DNA of 64,000 nt, taken from an uncultured Acidobacteriota bacterium (GTDB lineage: Bacteria > Acidobacteriota > Thermoanaerobaculia > UBA5066 > Gp7-AA6). Shown here in pieces: positions 53,179 to 59,468 of this stretch; positions within the stretch are counted from its first letter, which is position 1; each line of letters begins with the position of its first letter. Below the pieces are notes generated by a model. The model was not told the DNA's origin and searched no databases. It was given only the letters and a program-made list of their open reading frames with translations. Both the position numbers and the translations under genes were made by a program. The stretch covers positions 1,447,221-1,511,220 of the forward strand of contig CAVTON010000001.1 in assembly GCA_963736455.1 (NCBI GenBank), in the 5' to 3' direction.

Positions 53179-54667
53179 GCGGGGGGCGCCTCCAGCGCGC
53201 GTCTCAGGGCGTCGCGAACCGCGGCCGGATCGGCGCGGCCGCCGGTCCCCTTCATCACCTGGCCGACGAACCAGCCGAAGGTCTGCGTCTTTCCGGCGCG
53301 ATATTCAGCCACCTGCGACGGGTTTCCGGCGATGATCTCGCGGACCGCCGCCTCGAGCGCGCCGGCATCGCGGATTCGCCCGAGGACCCTTCTCGGCGAC
53401 GATCGCCCCGGCATCGGCGGGAGAGTCGAGCATCGCGACGAGCACGTCCTTGCCCGAGGCCGCCGAGATCTCGCCCGCCTCGACCAGCCGGAGGAGCCCC
53501 GCCAGCCGCTCGGGCGAGACGGGAAACGAGCATCGCGTCCTCGACGGAGATCTTCCGCTCCTTCATCCAGCGCAGGACCTCGCCGATGACCCAGTTCGCG
53601 GCGAGCTTCGCCGGGACGCCGGCCGCGACCGTGCCCTCGAAGTAGTCCGCGAGCTCGCGCGCCGAGCTCAGGGTCTCGGCCTCCGCCAGGGCCAGCCGAT
53701 GTTCCGCTACGAACCGGCCCTGCCGGGCCTGGGGCAATTCCGGCATGTCGCGCCGGGCCTCCTCGATCCAGGCCTCGTCGACGGCGAGCAGGCCCAGGTC
53801 CGGTTCCGGAAAGTACCGGTAGTCGTGCGCCTCTTCCTTGCTCCGCATCGAGACCGTCCGGCCGCCCTTCTCGTCCCAGAGGCGGGTCTCCTGCGCGATC
53901 GTCTCGCCCCGGCCCGACGCCACCGCCTGCCGGTCGATCTCGTACTCGATCGCCTTCGCCACGAAGCGGATCGAGTTGACGTTCTTGACCTCGACGCGCG
54001 TGCCGAACGGCGCCGTCTCGGAAGGCCGGACCGACACGTTGGCGTCGCAGCGCAGGCTCCCCTTCTCCATGTCGCCGTCGCAGACCGCGGTATAGCGAAG
54101 CAGGCGCCGCAGCTCGGTCAGATAGCTCGCCGCCTCCTCGGCCGAGCGAAGATCCGGCTCGCTGACGATCTCGATCAGGGGAACGCCGGCGCGGTTCCAG
54201 TCGACGAGGGAGACGTCCGCCGGCACGTCGGCGTAGGGCGTGTCGTGGAGCAACTTCCCGGCGTCCTCCTCGACGTGGATCCGGACGAGACGGATCGCCC
54301 GGAAGCCCTCCGGCGTCTTGATCCGGATCGCCCCGCCCGTCGAGAAGGGCCGGTCGTATTGCGAGATCTGATAGCCCTTGGGAAGGTCGGGGTAGAAGTA
54401 GTTCTTGCGCGCAAACTGCGACTCGGGATGGATCGTCGCGCCGACCGCCGCCGCGAAGCGCAGGGCGAGCGTGATCACCTCTCGGTTCAGGACGGGCAGG
54501 GTCCCCGGGAATCCGAGACAGACGGGACAGGTGGCCGAGTTGGGGGGCGCGCCGACGGTCACCGGGCAGCCGCAGAAGATCTTCGACCGGGTTTTCAGCT
54601 GCGCGTGGACTTCCAGCCCGATCACCGGAAAAACGCGGGCTTTGACGGGAGTTTCGGCGGCCGACAC
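53175..54667 (-). pseudogene. gatB: Asp/Glu-tRNA amidotransferase subunit B, interrupted by two 1-nt frame changes (probable assembly indels)
   Basis: MSAAETPVKARVFPVIGLEVHAQLKTRSKIFCGC..KERKISVEDAML / FPVSPERLAGLLRLVEAGEISAASGKDVLVAMLDSPADAGAIVAEKG / LGRIRDAGALEAAVREIIAGNPSQVAEYRAGKTQTFGWFVGQVMK.. lie in three frames. Junctions are near 53528 and 53384. Confidence 0.85.
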
Positions 54668-54706
54668 CGAAGAATTTTAGCACGTGGGGTCTCCTACAAT
54701 GCGCCG

Positions 54707-55501
54707 ATGACCTGGCTCGACGAGACGCGCGAAGGGACCCGTGTGATTCGCCCGGAGTCGACGCCGAGAGGATTCGTGATCGCGTTCTCCGGCCGCGGCC
54801 ACGCGCCGGAAGGCGAAGCGACACCCACGCCGTATCTCGCCCGCCGCCTCGCGAACGCGGTCGGCCTCGACGGCGCTCCAATTCACTGGGCCCGTCAGGT
54901 GCACGGCGACCGGGCCGCGACGCTGCGCGATTCCGCGCCCGCCGCGTCGGCCCTCTGTGCCGGCGAGTGCGACGCGCTCGTCACCGATCAACCGGGAGCG
55001 GCCCTCGTCGTCCAGACGGCCGACTGCGTGGCGATTCTTCTCGCCGCTCCGGGGGTGGTGGGCGCCGCCCACGCCGGCTGGCGCGGCAGCGCGAAGAACG
55101 TCGCGGGCGAAGCCGTCGCGGCGCTCGGACGGCTCGGCGCAGAGCCCGCAGAGATCCGCGCCTGGATCGGGCCCTCGATCGGCTCCTGCTGCTACGAGGT
55201 CGGCGGCGAGGTCGCCGTGCAGTTCTCCGGAGATTTCATCCGCGCCGGCTGCGGAGGCGGATACCGCCTCGATCTCCGCGCCGTCAACGTGGCGCAGCTC
55301 GCCGCCTCGGGCGTCCCGCGCGAGGCCATCGCCATCCACCCGGCCTGCACCCTGTGCGGCGGCGAAGGCCTCCCGAGCTACCGCCGCGACGGCGCGAAGG
55401 CCGGGCGCATGATCGCGCTCATCGCCCGGGTCGGCGCGGCGGGAGAACGCCGCGTCGCCGACTGGGCCGAGGGAACCGAGGGCCGGCCGGCGAAAGGCTG
55501 A
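54707..55501 (+). CDS. pgeF: Polyphenol-oxidase / YfiH (PgeF) family protein
   Basis: ATG at 54707. ..QVHGDRA..CDALVTD..LVVQTADCVAILL..AAHAGWRG..IGPSIGSCCYEVG..CT.C....SYRRDG. are YfiH hallmarks. The rest of track ORF 53450..55501 is antisense to gatB. Confidence 0.88.
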   Translation: MTWLDETREGTRVIRPESTPRGFVIAFSGRGHAPEGEATPTPYLARRLANAVGLDGAPIHWARQVHGDRAATLRDSAPAASALCAGECDALVTDQPGAALVVQTADCVAILLAAPGVVGAAHAGWRGSAKNVAGEAVAALGRLGAEPAEIRAWIGPSIGSCCYEVGGEVAVQFSGDFIRAGCGGGYRLDLRAVNVAQLAASGVPREAIAIHPACTLCGGEGLPSYRRDGAKAGRMIALIARVGAAGERRVADWAEGTEGRPAKG

Positions 55502-55516
55502 CGGTCCTCTGTCCGC

Positions 55517-56242
55517 CTACGGGTAATAGAGTCCGAGCGCCTTCGCGAGAAACACCGCCATCTGTTTTCGGGTCACGACCGTGTCCGGACAGAAATTTCC
55601 GCTCCCGCATCCGGCCGTGACGCCCGATGCCGCCAGCGCCTCGATGTAGGGAAATGCGAGATCGGTCGCGGGAACGTCCGCGAACGTCGGCGACGCGGGC
55701 GCCGGACTGACTTGAAGTTTGTAGCCCACGACGGCGCCGCTGAACGACGTCGTGCCGTCTCCGTTCGTGCCGAAGACCGCTTCGAGGATCAGCCGATGGT
55801 CGTCGTCGTTCGTGTAGCCGAGCCCGCTCAGCTCGGCGAAGGCGGCCGTGCAGCCCTGGTTGGCGGCGCCGGTGATTTGCGTCAGCAGCGTGAGATTGGT
55901 GTTGGTCGCCGACGCGCCGTAGAGCAGGAGAAGGATCGAGCTTCCGCCGTCCGGCTGCGAATTGCAGAAGTCGAACTCGAGGTTCTGGAGCAGGGCTCCC
56001 GGCGGCAGGGACGCCGACGCGAAGAAAAAGGAGAACGGAGTGAGCGTATAGCGGCGAGCCGGGCTTCCGAAGTCGGAATAGGAAACGGCCGACGACGACG
56101 GCGAGAACTGCCACTCCGGCACCGTGACGTAGGTCGTGTTCGTCGTTCCCCACGTTTGAGGACCGTCCGGCGATCCGGCGAGCGCGCGACCCGCGGCCGC
56201 GAGCGCCAGGACGATCGACGCCGGGACTTTCCAGGATCTCAT
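55517..56242 (-). CDS. Secreted variable-domain / SLH-like-module protein, paralogue A
   Basis: ATG at 56242 with a GAGGTG Shine-Dalgarno sequence. Signal peptide IVLALAAAGRALAG, ..SLPPGALLQNLEFDFCNS.., ..GYKLQVSPAPASPTFADVPATDLAFPYIEALAASGVTAGCGSGNFCPDTVVTRKQMAVFLAKALGLYYP. Confidence 0.75.
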   Translation of the reverse strand: MRSWKVPASIVLALAAAGRALAGSPDGPQTWGTTNTTYVTVPEWQFSPSSSAVSYSDFGSPARRYTLTPFSFFFASASLPPGALLQNLEFDFCNSQPDGGSSILLLLYGASATNTNLTLLTQITGAANQGCTAAFAELSGLGYTNDDDHRLILEAVFGTNGDGTTSFSGAVVGYKLQVSPAPASPTFADVPATDLAFPYIEALAASGVTAGCGSGNFCPDTVVTRKQMAVFLAKALGLYYP

Positions 56243-56256
56243 TTCACACCTCTTCG

Positions 56257-57621
56257 TCAGTTGTAGGAGAGGCCGAGGGCCTTCGCGAGGAAGACGGCCA
56301 TCTGGCGGCGCGTGACGGGATTCGCCGGGCAGAAGTTGCCGCCGCCGCAGCCGCCGGTGATCCCGGAGGCCGCCAGCGCTTCGACGTGGGCGAAGGCGGG
56401 ATCGGACGACGGCACGTCGGCAAATGTCGGCGTGGCCGGAGGCGGGCTCACCTGCAGGTGATAGCGGAATTTCGCACCCTGGAAGCGCGCCTGGGAGCCG
56501 AAGGGGCTCTGAAACAGGAGCTCGATGACCGGCTTGAAATCGCCGACGGTATAGCCGACGTCGTGTGCCACTCCCGAGGTACACCCTCCCCCCGGCACGG
56601 AGTGAATTTCGACGAAGATCCCGTCGATCGCAGAGTTCCAGACGGTGAATATCATCGGGTCCAAGCTCCCCGCCCGATCGTCGCAGGAATCAAACTCGAC
56701 TTCGTCGATGACGGCACCCGCCGGCAAATCGACCGCCGTCAGGAGAGCGGGGTTGGGCCCCTCGTCTCCCGGGAGGAGGTAGCGGGAGAGCTGCGGCGGG
56801 CCCGTGTCGGCAAACTGAACCAATTCCGAGGCGGGCCGGAATTCCCACTCGGGAACGTAGAGGGTCGTCTCGACCGTTCCGAAACGATAGGCGAGGCCGA
56901 GGGCGCGAGAAAGAAAGACCGCCATCTGCCGCCGCGTGACGGATTGATCGGGACAGAAGTCCCCTCCTCCACAGCCCGCCGTGATGCCGGATGCGGCGAG
57001 GGCTTCGACGTACGGATACGCGGGATCGGTCGTGGGGACGTCGCCGAAAGTCGGTGTGAGCGGCGGCCGGCTGACCTGGAGCTGATACGTGAGCGTCACG
57101 TCGGACAGGTAGGTGATCGGCCCGGGCGCCCCCGGGTTTGGTCCGAAGATCGCCCATACCAGGAGGCGATGGGAGAGGCTCACGGTGTAGTTCAACGCCG
57201 TGAGATCCACCGACTGAGACGTACACCCGTCGTTGGCGTGCGCCGTGACCGTGCCGAGAGAGCCGAGGAAGTTTCCGCTCGCGTCCGTGTCCTCCAGAAT
57301 CACCAGGAAGTCGTCGCCGCCCGGAGGATTGCCGTTGCAGTAGTCGACGTTGAGCCCGACGAGCCGGCCCCCTGAAGGGATGTGTGGCGAACCGAAGAAG
57401 GCGCCGTACGGCGACGTCGTGGCCAGGACCAGGTTGAAACCCCCGGGAAATCCCCACTGCAGGAAGTCCATGGTCGAGTCGATCGGCGAGAAGTCGTATG
57501 GGGTGAGTTGATAGGTCGCGGTGTTCGCGGTCCCGAACTTGGGGACGGCTTCGGCCGCGAAGCACCGGGCGCCGGCGAGCGCGATCGCGAGACCGGCCGA
57601 GAGGAGAATCCGCGTCTTCAT
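56257..57621 (-). CDS. Double-unit member of the same family (two variable domains, two SLH-like modules), paralogue B
   Basis: ATG at 57621 after GGAAGGGAG. Unit 1 ends ..FGDVPTTDPAYPYVEALAASGITAGCGGGDFCPDQSVTRRQMAVFLSRALGLAY. It runs straight into unit 2 (RFGTVETTLYVPEWEF..), which ends ..FADVPSSDPAFAHVEALAASGITGGCGGGNFCPANPVTRRQMAVFLAKALGLSYN. Confidence 0.75.
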   Translation of the reverse strand: MKTRILLSAGLAIALAGARCFAAEAVPKFGTANTATYQLTPYDFSPIDSTMDFLQWGFPGGFNLVLATTSPYGAFFGSPHIPSGGRLVGLNVDYCNGNPPGGDDFLVILEDTDASGNFLGSLGTVTAHANDGCTSQSVDLTALNYTVSLSHRLLVWAIFGPNPGAPGPITYLSDVTLTYQLQVSRPPLTPTFGDVPTTDPAYPYVEALAASGITAGCGGGDFCPDQSVTRRQMAVFLSRALGLAYRFGTVETTLYVPEWEFRPASELVQFADTGPPQLSRYLLPGDEGPNPALLTAVDLPAGAVIDEVEFDSCDDRAGSLDPMIFTVWNSAIDGIFVEIHSVPGGGCTSGVAHDVGYTVGDFKPVIELLFQSPFGSQARFQGAKFRYHLQVSPPPATPTFADVPSSDPAFAHVEALAASGITGGCGGGNFCPANPVTRRQMAVFLAKALGLSYN

Positions 57622-57641
57622 GACTCCCTTCCTTGCGGCCT

Positions 57642-58394
57642 TCATGGCCACTGCAGCCCCAGCGCCTTCGCCAGGAACACCGCCATCTGCCGCCGCGTCA
57701 GCGGCGCATAGGGGCAGTAGTTGCCGTTGCCGCATCCCGCCGTGATGCCCGAGGCCACGAGTGCCTCGATGAACTGAAATGCGGGATCGCTCGTCGGCAC
57801 ATCGTTGAACGTGGCGGTCGGCGGCGCGGGCCTGACCTCCAGCCGGTAGTACAGGTTGACCCCGGCCAGGGCCTGGGTCCCGTTGACCGCGTCGATCCCT
57901 GCAATGAGAACGAGCTGGTTGTCGTAGTGGTTGACCTGATAGTTGAGTGACGTCAGATCCCCGATCTCGAACTCACCGCAGCCGTTCGACGAAGCGCTGT
58001 AGACACCGGTCCCCATCTCCGTCATGTTGGTCCCGTCGTACCAGGACTTGTAGAGATGAACGCCGAGCTGGTCGTTCGGGTTGGGGTCGGTGTTGCAGAA
58101 ATACACCTCGATCCCCGTCAGCAGAGCTCCATCGGGAAGCCGCGGCACGGCCGCGAAGCATTGCCCGACGCAGTTCCCCGGAGATCTCGCAAGGGTGTTG
58201 GGGAAGAGGTAGTCGGCGTAGGTCGTCGCAGAGTCCCGGGGCACAAACTCCGTGATCGGGACGTCGTAGATCGAGTCATGGCTGATTCCATACGTCTTCG
58301 CCCGGAGCTGAGGCAGCCCGTCCTCCGCGACGCCGGAGGTGGGCAATACGAGCGCCGCCGCGAAGAAGGCGCCGATCCCGATTCCTCGCTTCAT
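57642..58394 (-). CDS. Secreted variable-domain / SLH-like-module protein, paralogue C
   Basis: ATG at 58394, 7 nt after GGAGG. Signal peptide GAFFAAALVLPTSGVA, ..RLPDGALLTGIEVYFCNT.., C-terminus FNDVPTSDPAFQFIEALVASGITAGCGNGNYCPYAPLTRRQMAVFLAKALGLQWP. Confidence 0.75.
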   Translation of the reverse strand: MKRGIGIGAFFAAALVLPTSGVAEDGLPQLRAKTYGISHDSIYDVPITEFVPRDSATTYADYLFPNTLARSPGNCVGQCFAAVPRLPDGALLTGIEVYFCNTDPNPNDQLGVHLYKSWYDGTNMTEMGTGVYSASSNGCGEFEIGDLTSLNYQVNHYDNQLVLIAGIDAVNGTQALAGVNLYYRLEVRPAPPTATFNDVPTSDPAFQFIEALVASGITAGCGNGNYCPYAPLTRRQMAVFLAKALGLQWP

Positions 58395-58417
58395 GGTCAT
58401 CCTCCGTTGCGAACGCC

Positions 58418-59170
58418 TCATGGCCACTGCAGTCCGAGGGCCTTCGCGAGGAAGACCGCCATCTGCCGCCGCGTGAGCGGCGCATCGGGACAAAAGTTGC
58501 CGTTCCCGCAGCCGACGGTGACGCCAGACGCAACAAGCGCCTCGATGTACTGGAATCCGGGGTCCGTCGTCGGCACGTCGTTGAAGTCGGCGAACAGCGG
58601 CGACGGACTGACCTGGAGCGTGTATCCGAGAACGACACCGGCGAAGCGCGTGCTGGACGTTCCCGATGTGGTCTCGACCGCGACCGTGAGCTGGTTGCGG
58701 TAGTTGTCGACCTGGAAGCCGCCGGCGGGAGGCAGGCTGAATGCCGCGAACCCGCACGGGAGCGTGCCATTGCTGCTCGACCCGATCGCGCCACTGCTGC
58801 ACCCGCTGCCGAGGTTGTCGCAGAAGAAGAACGTGGCCACGACGTCGTTCACCGCGTCCTCGTCGCAGGAGTCGAGCTCGTAGTACGTGACGAGCGCGCC
58901 GGACGGCAAATGAGGAGACGCGACGAAGATTGCCGGGCCGCCCGAGGAGTAACGCTGGAAGACGCCGAAGTTCGAGTAGCCGGAATCGGTGTAGACGGCG
59001 CCGTGCGCCGTGTCGAGCGGCGTGAACTCGGAGGCGGCGATCCGATAGTAGCTGAGCTGGTTCACGCCGTAGGTCTTCGGGGCGAGCGAAGCCTTCGCCG
59101 GCGCCTGCGCGAGCAGGCGACCGCTCAGAAGGACGAGGATCAAGCCGAGGCCGAGGCGCGAAATCTTCAT
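58418..59170 (-). CDS. Secreted variable-domain / SLH-like-module protein, paralogue D
   Basis: ATG at 59170 after AAAGGAAG. Signal peptide LGLGLILVLLSGRLLAQA, ..HLPSGALVTYYELDSCDE.., C-terminus FNDVPTTDPGFQYIEALVASGVTVGCGNGNFCPDAPLTRRQMAVFLAKALGLQWP. Confidence 0.75.
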   Translation of the reverse strand: MKISRLGLGLILVLLSGRLLAQAPAKASLAPKTYGVNQLSYYRIAASEFTPLDTAHGAVYTDSGYSNFGVFQRYSSGGPAIFVASPHLPSGALVTYYELDSCDEDAVNDVVATFFFCDNLGSGCSSGAIGSSSNGTLPCGFAAFSLPPAGGFQVDNYRNQLTVAVETTSGTSSTRFAGVVLGYTLQVSPSPLFADFNDVPTTDPGFQYIEALVASGVTVGCGNGNFCPDAPLTRRQMAVFLAKALGLQWP

Positions 59171-59388
59171 GGATTCTTCCTTTCTCGGCCTCCCGACGGC
59201 CGCTGCGACCCGAGGGTCTTCATGAGGCGAATTCCGAGCATCGAAAGAACTCTCGCGAGGGGATTCTGGCGTTCCAGCCGCCGTCCGCAATTACTGCAGT
59301 AGCTCTCGTTACCGGCGAGGGGACAGCCGCAGCGGGAGCAGGCGGCCGTCGGGGACTCGGCGTCGTTCATGTGGGACAGACTGCCCAT
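59167..59388 (-). CDS. Small zinc-ribbon protein (67-73 aa) heading the paralogue operon
   Basis: CSRCGCPL-x8-YCSNCGRRL (CxxC..CxxC) followed by a basic tail. Its stop overlaps the paralogue D start (ATGA). An alternative ATG lies at 59370. Coding status is not certain. Confidence 0.45.
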   Translation of the reverse strand: MGSLSHMNDAESPTAACSRCGCPLAGNESYCSNCGRRLERQNPLARVLSMLGIRLMKTLGSQRPSGGRERKNP

Positions 59389-59404
59389 TCCGGCGCCAGG
59401 GGTC

Positions 59405-59434
59405 TTGAACCGTTCCGTGGTTTGTCCGTAGACT
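59405..59434 (+). promoter_or_regulatory. Candidate promoter (TTGAAC-18 nt-TAGACT) for the wHTH-TPR regulator
   Basis: Hexamers at 59405-59410 and 59429-59434 in the 80-nt divergent intergenic region. Weak match only. Confidence 0.2.
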
Positions 59435-59468
59435 TTCTTTCGTCAATCTTTCTTCCAATCGAAAGTAC

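Noticed and set aside
53380-53532. Programmed ribosomal frameshifting as the explanation for the gatB, ftsX and other frame changes.
   Set aside because: There is no in-frame slippery heptamer, no stop or rare codon at the shift site, and no downstream pseudoknot-like structure. The TTTCCCG near 53528 is not in the register needed for -1 slippage, and the observed change needs +1. These gene families are not known to use recoding. Single G/C insertions are the simpler explanation.
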